This document shows positions 51,693 through 59,776 of a DNA stretch of 64,000 nt, in pieces. The first letter of the stretch is position 1; each line of letters opens with the position of its first letter. The translations under genes and the position numbers were made by a program. The notes below the pieces were generated by a model that worked only from the letters and a program-made list of their open reading frames with translations, was not told the DNA's origin and made no database searches. The DNA comes from an uncultured Acidobacteriota bacterium (lineage in GTDB: Bacteria > Acidobacteriota > Vicinamibacteria > Vicinamibacterales > Fen-181), in assembly GCA_963717945.1 (NCBI GenBank), contig CAVQXT010000007.1, forward strand, positions 1,006,808-1,070,807, written 5' to 3'.

Positions 51693-54062
51693 TCAGAATC
51701 TCAGCTCGAGGGCGACATACACGTTCCGCGTCGCCAGGGGGTAATAGTAGCGCGTGCCCTCGAGCGTCAGCATCGACGGGTTGGTCCCCTCGACGAAGTA
51801 CTGGTAGCTGTAGCCGTTCGGGAACATGCGTCGATTGTCGAGCACGTTGTTGACCTGCACGCGCAGCCTCGGGTGCGCCGCCGAGAGCATCCGCAGCGGG
51901 CGCGACAGATCGAGCGACGCGGAGAGGGCGACGTCGGTTAAGGGCGGCGCCGTGAAATAGCTGTTGCCGGTATTGTCGAGGAACGACTGGCCCACGTGCT
52001 TCACGGTGGCGTCGAGCGTGGCGCCGCGCGTCGGCGTGTAGTCGGCGGAGAAGGTGGCCAGCACCGCGGGCGTGTTGTAGGGCGCGACGTCCTGGAAGGT
52101 GCGGCTCGTCGAGCCGGTCCAGTTTCCCGCGGCGTCGTAGACGTCGAAGAACTGCGTCCAGGTCGAGATCCGATTGAGGCTGTACGTCGCGGTGTGCCTG
52201 AGCTGGAGCGAATCGACCGGCCGCCATCTCAGGTCCATCTCGATGCCGGTGCGATAGCTGCGATCGACGTTCTGGTGGAGCGGGAGGCCGATCTCCGAGA
52301 GCTGACCGGTCTGGGCGATTTCGTGGCGGAACGACATCACGTAGCCGTTGACCTGCGCGCTGGCCCGGCGGCCCGTGTATGTCAGCCCGAACTCCCCGTC
52401 GACCACCTGCTCGGGCTGGACGGCCGCCAGGTTGTACACGACGCTGGCGTTGTCCTCGCCCTGCAGCATGTCCGAGCGGCCCGGTTCCCGCCCGGCGCGG
52501 CCGACCGACGCGTAAAAGCTCACGCCGCGGCCCACATCGAGCCGGACGCCGCCCTTCGGATTGAAGAACGTCCAGTGGATCGAGCCGAGGTCGAGCGAGC
52601 CGGCGTAGCGGAAGCGGGCCCATCGCACCTGGACGTCGCCGAGGTAGCTCCACCGCCCCCGCGTCCACGAGAACTTGGCGAAGGTGTTGAATTCCTGCTT
52701 GTAGCCGTGATTGAGGTAGTCGGCCGGCCCGGAGACGACGTCCCGGGTGTGCCGGCTCTCGAACGCGCTGGCGTAGGTGCCCCAGGTGAAGTCGGTGTGC
52801 GCGCCCGCCACGTGCAGCGTCGTGGACACGCCGACGTTGTGCCAGCTCAGGCCGTACTGGAAGAGGCCCGACGGCTCGGCGGCCGCGTCACGGAGGCGGT
52901 ACCAGCCGTCGGCGGCGTTGTAGAACCCCTGGACGGCCAGCTCGGTCCCCGGTTTCAGCGCGCGGTGATACTGCGCCGTCACGAAGCCCTGGGAGAACTC
53001 GTCGCGCTCCTCCGGCGTGAGCGGGTTGGTGCGAAGGTCCACGGCGAGCGCGGCTTCGTCGGCGGCGAGAAAGGCCTCCTGCGTGTGCTCGCGGCCGAAG
53101 AAGCCGAAGATCTTGAAGTAGGAGTCTGACGTGTCACGGCTGGCGCCGAGGTAGATACTCTTCTCGCCGACGCCGGAGTTGTGCTTGAACCCGTCGGAGG
53201 TCTGCGTCGCCGCCTGCGCATACAGCTTGAATCCGTGCGCGAGCTTGCCCGAGTTGAACACGCCGCTCAGGCGCTCGGTGCCGAAACTGCCGGCGCCGGT
53301 CCTGACGACCACCCCGGGCCGGTCGGTGAACGACGCGCTCGCGAAGTTGATCGAGCCGACAAACGACGAGGCGCCGACCGTGGAGGTGCCGACGCCGCGC
53401 TGCACCTGGATGCTGTCCACGGCGTTGGCGAAGTCGCCCAGGTCCGCGAAGTAGAAGGCGGAGTCTTCCGGCTCGGCGATCGGCATGCCGTCGATGGTGA
53501 CGTTCATCCGCGTCTGCGGGATGCCGCGCAGGTAGATGTAGGCGTAACCCGCCGGCGCCCCCGAGTCGGCGTATTGGGTCAGCGACGGGACCTGCTCGAG
53601 CAGGAAGGGGATCTCCTGGCCCCAGTTGCGGGCCTCGATCTCCTCGCGCGGGATGTCGGTCTTCGACACCGGCGCGTCTTCGGGCGCCCGGACCGCCTCG
53701 ACGGTGACGTCCTCGCGGAACCGCGCGAGCGGCGAGAGGACGACGTCCAGCGCCACCGCGGTCGTGCGGACGTCCACGCGCTGGTCGGCATCGACGTACC
53801 CCGCGTGCGAGAGGCGCAGCGTGTAGGACCCGGGCGGCAGATCGAGCTGGCAGCTTCCGTCGGCGCCGGTCTCGACCGACCGGGCCGGGGCCGCCACCGC
53901 AACGACGACGGCGGCGATCGGCGCGCCGGCGGCGGTGCGGACAACGACGCGGACCGGCACCGTGGATTGAGCGTCGAGCACGGCCGCGCCCGGGACGGCC
54001 AGCGCGAACGCGGCCAGGGCGAGCAGCCGGACGATCGATCTTGCGCGTGTGCGTACGTTCAC
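51693..54062 (-). CDS. TonB-dependent receptor with carboxypeptidase-regulatory-like N-domain
   Basis: ORF 51693..54062, GTG start with GAGGAGG upstream. Plug motifs (IYLRGIPQTRMNVTIDGMPI, IQVQRGVGTSTVGASSF) and a terminal ...VALELRF. Confidence 0.85.
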   Translation of the reverse strand: MNVRTRARSIVRLLALAAFALAVPGAAVLDAQSTVPVRVVVRTAAGAPIAAVVVAVAAPARSVETGADGSCQLDLPPGSYTLRLSHAGYVDADQRVDVRTTAVALDVVLSPLARFREDVTVEAVRAPEDAPVSKTDIPREEIEARNWGQEIPFLLEQVPSLTQYADSGAPAGYAYIYLRGIPQTRMNVTIDGMPIAEPEDSAFYFADLGDFANAVDSIQVQRGVGTSTVGASSFVGSINFASASFTDRPGVVVRTGAGSFGTERLSGVFNSGKLAHGFKLYAQAATQTSDGFKHNSGVGEKSIYLGASRDTSDSYFKIFGFFGREHTQEAFLAADEAALAVDLRTNPLTPEERDEFSQGFVTAQYHRALKPGTELAVQGFYNAADGWYRLRDAAAEPSGLFQYGLSWHNVGVSTTLHVAGAHTDFTWGTYASAFESRHTRDVVSGPADYLNHGYKQEFNTFAKFSWTRGRWSYLGDVQVRWARFRYAGSLDLGSIHWTFFNPKGGVRLDVGRGVSFYASVGRAGREPGRSDMLQGEDNASVVYNLAAVQPEQVVDGEFGLTYTGRRASAQVNGYVMSFRHEIAQTGQLSEIGLPLHQNVDRSYRTGIEMDLRWRPVDSLQLRHTATYSLNRISTWTQFFDVYDAAGNWTGSTSRTFQDVAPYNTPAVLATFSADYTPTRGATLDATVKHVGQSFLDNTGNSYFTAPPLTDVALSASLDLSRPLRMLSAAHPRLRVQVNNVLDNRRMFPNGYSYQYFVEGTNPSMLTLEGTRYYYPLATRNVYVALELRF

Positions 54063-54124
54063 GTCCCGCCTCCTCTCGACCGGTCGAACGATCAGACACG
54101 GCGAGCGATGCGGATGCTTTGGGG

Positions 54125-54241
54125 AGTTCTCGAAATCGACGGGGAGCGCCGGCGCTCCCGATCGCCTTCCCTACGCCGGTACTACCCGGTTCAGGTTCGA
54201 GGGTGTGATCTCAGGCCGTAGTCTTTGGCCACCCCTAGGCG
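54125..54241 (-). promoter_or_regulatory. TPP (THI-box) riboswitch plus expression-platform hairpin
   Basis: The minus strand reads CGCCU-AGGGGUGGCC...CCUGAGAUCACACCCUCGAACCUGAACCGGGUAGUACCGGCGUAGGGA-AGGCG (aptamer 54241->54163), then GGGAGCGCC/GGCGCUCCC followed by GUCGAUUUCG. Confidence 0.85.
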
Positions 54242-54288
54242 TCCTGCCAGGCATCAGTGTGGCGCAGGGAGCCGGCAGAGTCAACGGC

Positions 54289-54468
54289 GCCTTACGCCGC
54301 GCCTTACGCCGTACGGCCTTACGCCTTACGGCCGGATTCGCCCACGCGCAGGCCTGAAGGCCTGCGCTATCTGCAGATAGTGCGGGGATCCACAGATAGC
54401 GCAGGGCTTCAGCCCTGCGCAGCAGCGTCAGCGTGAGGCGTGAGGCGTAAGGCGTAAGCCGTAAGCCG
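54289..54468. repeat. Class-II hairpin-pair element with CCTTACGCC-type terminal inverted short repeats (MITE-like)
   Basis: Left end (gccttacgcc)n and right end gtgaggcgtgaggcgtaaggcgtaagccgtaagcc (inverse complement). The core is identical in plan to 36128-36255 and includes the 14-nt palindrome CTATCTGCAGATAG. Confidence 0.85.
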
Positions 54469-54483
54469 CGAGGCGGTGGTACC

Positions 54484-55620
54484 ATGTCCCCCGTGAAGCT
54501 CGACGATCTCCCCACGCCCGCGCTCGTCGTCGACGAAGACCGGATGGCCCGGAACATCGACCGAATGCGACGGCGCCTGTCCGACCTCGGCGTCGGCTTT
54601 CGACCTCACGTCAAGACCGCAAAGAGCATCGAGATCTCCCGCCGACTGATGCCGACGGCGCACGGCCCGATCACCGTGTCGACGCTCAAGGAGGCCGAGC
54701 AGTTCTTCGCCCATGGCGTCACCGACGTGCTGTACGCGGTGGGCATCGAACCGGGGAAACTGACCCACGTTGCTGACCTGAGGGCACGCGGTTGCGACCT
54801 GACGGTGATCCTCGACAGCGTCGAGGCGGCGGCCGACGTCTCGGCGTTCTGCGCCGCAGGGCGGTGCGAGATCCCGGCGTTGGTCGAGATCGATTCGGAC
54901 GGCCACCGTGGCGGCGTGAAGCCCGATTCGGACGGCCTGCTCGGCGTGGCCGCCGCCCTGAAGTCGGGCGCCCGCTGTCGCGGAGTGATGACACACGCCG
55001 GCGCCTCCTACGACTGTCGATCCACCGACGCCATCGCCGCCATGGCCGAGCAGGAGCGCGCCGCCGTCGTGGGCGCGGCCGCGCGGCTTCGGGCCGCGGG
55101 CCACGACGCTCGAATCGTCAGCGTCGGGTCCACGCCGACGGCCACCTTCGCGCGAAACCTCGCCGGCGTCACCGAGGTGCGCGCCGGGGTATTCGTGTTC
55201 CAGGATCTCGTCATGGCGGGCCTCGGCGTCTGCGCGATCGAGGAGATTGCGCTCTCGGTGCTCGTGAGCGTCATCGGGCACCAGCGCGAGAAGGGCTGGA
55301 TCGTCACCGACGGCGGATGGATGGCCGTGTCGCGCGACCGCGGCACGGCGGGGCAGCCGATCGACCAGGGCTACGGCCTCGTGCGCGACGCGGACGGCCG
55401 GCTGCTCGAGTCCCTCGTCATGCACGGCGCCAACCAGGAGCACGGCCTGCTGTCGCGCCGGGACGGCGGCCCGCTCGACTGGGAGGCGTTCCGCATCGGA
55501 CGGCGGCTGCGGATCGTGCCCAACCACGCCTGCGCCACGGCCGCCCAGCACGCCGAGTACTTCGTCGTCAAAGGCTCTCGCGAGGTCGTCGCCCGCTGGG
55601 AGCGGTTCGGAGGATGGTGA
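54484..55620 (+). CDS. PLP-dependent D-threonine aldolase / D-serine dehydratase-like (alanine racemase N-domain family)
   Basis: ORF 54484..55620. LPTPALVVDEDRMARNIDRM...FRPHVKTAKS (PLP Lys) ...RIVPNHACATAAQH. Confidence 0.7.
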   Translation: MSPVKLDDLPTPALVVDEDRMARNIDRMRRRLSDLGVGFRPHVKTAKSIEISRRLMPTAHGPITVSTLKEAEQFFAHGVTDVLYAVGIEPGKLTHVADLRARGCDLTVILDSVEAAADVSAFCAAGRCEIPALVEIDSDGHRGGVKPDSDGLLGVAAALKSGARCRGVMTHAGASYDCRSTDAIAAMAEQERAAVVGAAARLRAAGHDARIVSVGSTPTATFARNLAGVTEVRAGVFVFQDLVMAGLGVCAIEEIALSVLVSVIGHQREKGWIVTDGGWMAVSRDRGTAGQPIDQGYGLVRDADGRLLESLVMHGANQEHGLLSRRDGGPLDWEAFRIGRRLRIVPNHACATAAQHAEYFVVKGSREVVARWERFGGW

Positions 55621-56003
55621 TGAGCCTCACTCGCATCGACCCGGGCACGATGGCCACGCCCGGCGGCCACTACAGCCACGTGGTCGTCCACAACGGCGTG
55701 GCCTACGTCTCCGGCCAGCTCCCGATTGCGCCGGTCGGCCCGCTGCCGGCGACGGCCTCGTTCGAGGAGCAGGCCCGCCAGGTGCTCGCCAACGTCCGCG
55801 CGGCGGTCACCGCGGCTGGCTCCGATCTCTCGAAAGTGCTGAAGTGTACCGTCTACGTGAACGACATCGCGGACTGGCCGGTCTTCAACCGGCTTTACGC
55901 CGAGACGTTCGGCGACCACAAACCGGCCCGCGTCGTCGTGCCCGTGTCACCGCTGCACTATGGGTATCGCGTGGAAATGGACGCGATAGTTGCAGTCGAC
56001 TGA
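55620..56003 (+). CDS. ridA: RidA/YjgF-family reactive-intermediate deaminase
   Basis: ATG 55620 (or GTG 55617) within ORF 54792..56003. GGHYSHVVVHNGVAYVSGQLP...KCTVYVNDIADWPVFNRLY...ARVVVPV. Confidence 0.75.
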   Translation: MSLTRIDPGTMATPGGHYSHVVVHNGVAYVSGQLPIAPVGPLPATASFEEQARQVLANVRAAVTAAGSDLSKVLKCTVYVNDIADWPVFNRLYAETFGDHKPARVVVPVSPLHYGYRVEMDAIVAVD

Positions 56004-56024
56004 CGGCCGGTGGCCGAAGGCCGA

Positions 56025-56370
56025 ACGCTGGCGCTACACGGCCGGCCAGGAGGCCGGCGCTACCGCCGGAAGTGTGTGGCGCGAGCCTCCTGGCTCGCGC
56101 GGGGCCAGTGCAGCAAGTGCCAGTTCGGCAGCGACCCCGACGCGCAGTTTCTGCCGCCGGTCTGCCGGCGACCCTAGGCCGGCCAGGAGGCCGGCGCTAC
56201 CGCCGGAAGTGTGTGGCGCGAGCCTCCTGGCTCGCGATGGCGGCCGACCAGGAGGCCGGCGCTACCGCCGGAAGTGTGTGGCGCGAGCCTCCTGGCTCGC
56301 GATGGCGGCCGGCCAGGAGGCCGGCGCTACCGCCGGAAGTGTGTGGCGCGAGCCTCCTGGCTCGCGATGG
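56025..56370. repeat. REP (class I) array upstream of RAYT: 4 composite units (inverted hairpin A + direct hairpin B), three at an exact 65-nt period
   Basis: The unit is ggccggccaggaggccggcgctaccgccggaaGTGTGTGGCGCGAGCCTCCTGGCTCGCGatggc. Hairpin B starts at 56072, 56209, 56274 and 56339. Confidence 0.9.
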
Positions 56371-56416
56371 CGGCCGGCATCACGTGACCCGGCATTGAGA
56401 ATGCACCTGGGCGGGC

Positions 56417-56863
56417 ATGGAGCGGTTCTATCGAAGGCGCCTCCCTCATTGGCGCGTCGAGGGGTCGTCGGCCGATTACTTCGTCACCTGGCGGATCGCC
56501 GCGTCGCAGGCCGAACTCTCATCGGCCGAGAGAGATCTCGTCGCAGGGTCCTTGGCCCATTGGGATGCGCGCACATGCCGGCTGTCCGCGTGGGTGGTCA
56601 TGAATGATCACGTCCACGTCGTCGTGGCGCCGGCGGTCGGCGTCCGGCTCGAGACGGTGCTGCACTCCTGGAAGTCCTACACCGCCACGCGAATGGTCCG
56701 AGGACATGGCCGCGCAGGCCCGGTGTGGCAGCGCGAGTCCTATGACCGCGTGATCAGAAACGACGAAGAGCTCCGGCTATTGATCGAATACGTCTGCCAC
56801 AACCCGTGGAAGCGATGGCCCAGCATGGGCGCCTACCGGTGGGTGTGGCCACAGCCGGCCTAG
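56417..56863 (+). CDS. REP-associated tyrosine transposase (RAYT, IS200/IS605 Y1 HUH family)
   Basis: ORF 56417..56863. FYRRRLPHW, HUH motif DHVHVVV, catalytic-Tyr region LIEYVCHNPWK. REP arrays lie on both flanks. Confidence 0.85.
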   Translation: MERFYRRRLPHWRVEGSSADYFVTWRIAASQAELSSAERDLVAGSLAHWDARTCRLSAWVVMNDHVHVVVAPAVGVRLETVLHSWKSYTATRMVRGHGRAGPVWQRESYDRVIRNDEELRLLIEYVCHNPWKRWPSMGAYRWVWPQPA

Positions 56864-56867
56864 CTGT

Positions 56868-56996
56868 GCGCCGGCCAGGAGGCCGGCGCTACACATTGTC
56901 GAGTGGTTCCGCGGATGCTGGAGGCCGGCGCTGAAACTCGGCCGGCCAGGAGGCCGGCGCTGAAATTCGGCCGGCCAGGAGGCCGGCGCTACACAT
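56868..56996. repeat. REP (class I) cluster downstream of RAYT (hairpin A: 3 full copies + 1 partial)
   Basis: gccggccaggaggccggcgctacac and ...gctgaaa variants at ~56870, 56940 and 56969, plus a partial at 56915. The minus strand reads GTGTAGCGCCGGCCTCCTGGCCGGC. Confidence 0.85.
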
Positions 56997-57028
56997 GGTC
57001 CGTGTTGCGCGAGGGCCGGGCGCGTCGA

Positions 57029-58591
57029 TTACGAGCCGCTTCGCTTTCCGAGTGCGACCGGTATAGGCGCCGTCAGCACCGCGGCGAGCGTCGTGATCCC
57101 GGTGAAGAACGTGCCCATCCGGAGGTTCTCGTTCTCGCCGTGCTGGTTGTTGTCGAAGTTGACGATGGGGACGCCGATCGCGGGCACGCCCATCGCCTCG
57201 ATGAACGGCGCAATCGGCACCGTGCCGCCCATCGTGCGGATCTGCACCGGCGGCCGGCCGAACATCCGGGTGATGGCGGCGACGATCTGCCGCGACGCCG
57301 GGGCGAGCGGCGAGGTCCGATAGGCGTTGGTCTCTCCGCCTTCGACCGTCAGCTTCACGATCCGGGCATGCGCCGCCCGCGTGGCATCGTCCGGGTCGCG
57401 GTCCACCAGGAAGAAGCCCTGCCGGGCGATGTGGGCCTTCAGGCGCGCGAGCATCGCGGCCGACGGCGTCTCTTTCACCAGCCGGATGTCGAGGGCCCCC
57501 GTGGCGCGGTCGGGAATGATCGTGCGGGCGTTCTCGCCGACAAACGCGCTCGAGAGGCCGCGGATGTTGAGGGACGGGCGCTGGACGGCTTCCTGGAGCG
57601 ACAGCCCGGGCTGCTCGACCTCGGCGATCCCGAACAGCTTCTCGAGCGCGGCTTCGTCGTCCGGCACCGCGGCCAGCATCGCCTTCTCCTCGGGGGCGAG
57701 CGGCTCGAGGCCGTCGTAAAAGCCCTGGACGAGCACGTGCCCGCGGTCGTCCTTCATCGAGGCCAGCAGGCGGACCAGCTCGAACGCCGGGTTCGGCACC
57801 CAGTTGCCGTAATGGCCGCTGTGCAGGGCGAACTTCGGGCCGAAGACCGTGAGCTCGACGGTCAGGATCCCGCGCGCGCCGAAGGTGATCGTCGGACGCC
57901 CGCTCGGGTGGACGGGGCCGTCGAGGATCACGATGGCGTCGGCGGCGAGCTTCTGGCGGTAACGGGCGATCGCCCCGATGAGGCTCGGCGAGCCCGCCTC
58001 CTCCTCGCCGTCGAGGACGACGTGCACGTTCGAGGTCGGCGCGTGCCCGGTGGCCTTCAGCGCGTCGAGCGCCGCGCACAGGGCGACAATCGGCGACTTG
58101 TCGTCGGAGGAAGAGCGGCCGTAGATCCGCCATCCAGGTTCGTATCGGGCGCGGTCCACCGGGCCGGGCAATTCGCGGCCGCCGTCCTCGAGCCGGCCGT
58201 CCCGCAGAATCGGCACGAACGGGTTGGGCTGCCTCCAGTTCTTCGGGTCCACCGGCTGGCCATCGTAGTGGGCGTACACGAGCACCGTCCCGGTCGCGCC
58301 GGGCACGGCCATTTCGCCGTAGACCAGCGGGTTGCCGGCGGTGGCGAGTGTCTCGGTCTTGAAGCCGTGCCGCGCGAGCATCGCCCTGAGCGCCTCGACG
58401 TTACGGGCGATGTCGGGCCCGTCGGCGGCGACGTTGGGAATCGCCAGCAGGTCGGCGAGCTCGCGGACGACTGCCTGCTGGTGCGCCTCGACCCAGGCGT
58501 CGATGCCGGCTCTCGGGGACGGGGACTGGGCGCGCGGGAGGGCGACCGCGGCGAGAAGGGCGGCGAGCACGAGCGAAAGGCGTGAGCGCAT
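57029..58591 (-). CDS. Secreted M20-family metallopeptidase (dipeptidase-like)
   Basis: ATG 58591 within ORF 57029..59005 (the upstream extension is REP array). Signal peptide MRSRLSLVLAALLAAVALPRAQS. YAHYDGQPVD, GRSSSDDKSPI, DGEEEAGSPSL. Confidence 0.8.
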   Translation of the reverse strand: MRSRLSLVLAALLAAVALPRAQSPSPRAGIDAWVEAHQQAVVRELADLLAIPNVAADGPDIARNVEALRAMLARHGFKTETLATAGNPLVYGEMAVPGATGTVLVYAHYDGQPVDPKNWRQPNPFVPILRDGRLEDGGRELPGPVDRARYEPGWRIYGRSSSDDKSPIVALCAALDALKATGHAPTSNVHVVLDGEEEAGSPSLIGAIARYRQKLAADAIVILDGPVHPSGRPTITFGARGILTVELTVFGPKFALHSGHYGNWVPNPAFELVRLLASMKDDRGHVLVQGFYDGLEPLAPEEKAMLAAVPDDEAALEKLFGIAEVEQPGLSLQEAVQRPSLNIRGLSSAFVGENARTIIPDRATGALDIRLVKETPSAAMLARLKAHIARQGFFLVDRDPDDATRAAHARIVKLTVEGGETNAYRTSPLAPASRQIVAAITRMFGRPPVQIRTMGGTVPIAPFIEAMGVPAIGVPIVNFDNNQHGENENLRMGTFFTGITTLAAVLTAPIPVALGKRSGS

Positions 58592-58621
58592 CGGTCGAGT
58601 GTAAACCCGAACCGGGGGCGA

Positions 58622-59008
58622 CGGTCGCGCTGACCCCGGCTTTCGCGAGCCAGGAGGCTCGCGCCACACAGTGCCGCTTGAAGCGCCGACCCTGGCATTC
58701 GCGAGCCAGGAGGCTCGCGCCACACAGTGCCGCTTGAAGCGCCGACCCTGGCATTCGCGAGCCAGGAGGCTCGCGCCACACAGTGCCGCTTGAAGCGCTG
58801 ACCCCGGCTTTCGCGAGCCAGGAGGCTCGCGCCACACAGTGCCGCCTGTAGCGCCGGCGCCGGCAGCCGCGAGCCAGGAGGCTCGCGCCACACAGTGCCG
58901 CTTGAAGCGCCGACCCTGGCATTCGCGAGCCAGGAGGCTCGCGCCACACAGTGCCGCCTGTAGCGCCGGCCCCGGCAGCCGCGAGCCAGGAGGCTCGCGC
59001 CACACAAT
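58622..59008. repeat. REP (class I) array: 7 hairpin-B copies (minus orientation) at an exact 56-nt period
   Basis: cgcgagccaggaggctcgcgccacaca starts at 58644, 58700, 58756, 58812, 58868, 58924 and 58980. The linkers alternate between two sequence types. Confidence 0.9.
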
Positions 59009-59017
59009 GCCGCCCGA

Positions 59018-59347
59018 TCAGACCGTCGCGGTGTGACTCCGGATGTCGTGATTGAGCGCGTGGATCTGGCGACGGAGCGCCTTGAGCGTCTTGCTGTCGC
59101 CCGCCGCGATTGCTTCGCTCCGCTTCTGCCTGAGGGCCCGCATCTTCGCCTTGATCGCCGACTTGTCGAACCCGCCCGCGGCGTGGTGCTCGTGCAACGG
59201 AATCTTGAGGGCGGTGCACAGGGCCGCCAGCAAGTGATCCTTGTTGAGCTGGGTGTAGCCCTTCACCGCCTCGTGTTCGAGCCCCCTGGCGATTTCACGC
59301 AGTTCAACGACGGTCTTTCCCTTGAGGTCGTGGTACGTGTAGGACAT
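59018..59347 (-). CDS. Small protein with Rho_N/SAP-like N-terminal domain
   Basis: ORF 59018..59347. DLKGKTVVELREIARGLEHEAVKGYTQLNKDHLLAALC. Confidence 0.5.
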   Translation of the reverse strand: MSYTYHDLKGKTVVELREIARGLEHEAVKGYTQLNKDHLLAALCTALKIPLHEHHAAGGFDKSAIKAKMRALRQKRSEAIAAGDSKTLKALRRQIHALNHDIRSHTATV

Positions 59348-59386
59348 CGAAGCTCCTTTTCAGCCGCATTCTACCGCGAGGCCGCG

Positions 59387-59698
59387 TCAGCGAACCACGA
59401 CGCGACGCACACCCCAGCCGATGGCCGCGCCCAGAGCGGCAATCGCAACCGCGATGAACACCCCATAACCGCCGGCTATCTCCGCGCCGACCATGGGGCC
59501 GGCAACGAGGAGGACGACCAGCCAGGGCCAGGCTCCCGCCCCCGAGGTCAGCGCCGACGCCAGGAACAAGCAGCCAGCGGTGATGCCCGCATCGTCCCAG
59601 CCGGGGCGGGTGTCCATCCAGGCGATGGCGACGCCGGAGACGAGCGCCACCAGAGACGCCACATATGCCGATACCTTTGCGCGGGTCTCGTTGGGCAT
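59387..59698 (-). CDS. Small (103 aa) three-TM membrane protein
   Basis: ATG 59698 within ORF 59387..60271: MPNETRAKVSAYVASLVALVSGVAIAWMD... Confidence 0.45.
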   Translation of the reverse strand: MPNETRAKVSAYVASLVALVSGVAIAWMDTRPGWDDAGITAGCLFLASALTSGAGAWPWLVVLLVAGPMVGAEIAGGYGVFIAVAIAALGAAIGWGVRRVVVR

Positions 59699-59711
59699 GC
59701 GTGATGTCCTC

Positions 59712-59776
59712 GCCTTAGCCTTGAGCCCGAGCCTTGAGCCGTCCTTCCCTGAGCCTTGAGCCCTGAGCCTTGAGCC
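59712..59776. repeat. GGCTCAR heptamer tract element (reverse orientation)
   Basis: The reverse complement reads ggctcaa ggctcag ggctcaa ggctcag ggaaggac ggctcaa ggctcgg gctcaag. It lies between the ABC-2 permease stop and the small membrane gene. Confidence 0.85.

Larger units (their letters stand above)
56025..56996 (+). mobile_element. REP-RAYT unit (domesticated transposase with flanking REP arrays)
   Basis: The combination of the three features above. Confidence 0.7.

Noticed and set aside
56168-56370. 65-nt periodic repeats as a possible CRISPR array or coding repeat
   Set aside because: The inter-repeat sequence is identical in every unit. These are composite REP (BIME-like) units next to RAYT.
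57029-59005. Long N-terminal extension of the M20 peptidase ORF, and the overlapping ORFs 58057..59007 and 58401..59219
   Set aside because: The extension translates the REP array (repeating CVARASWLA/WREPPGSR peptides). A signal-peptide start at ATG 58591 gives a normal M20 protein.
58622-59008. Regular 56-nt repeat/spacer pattern resembling a CRISPR array
   Set aside because: The 'spacers' are themselves only two recurring sequences. The repeat is a GC hairpin with a GTGTGG head identical to the REPs flanking a RAYT gene. There are no cas genes and no leader in the window.
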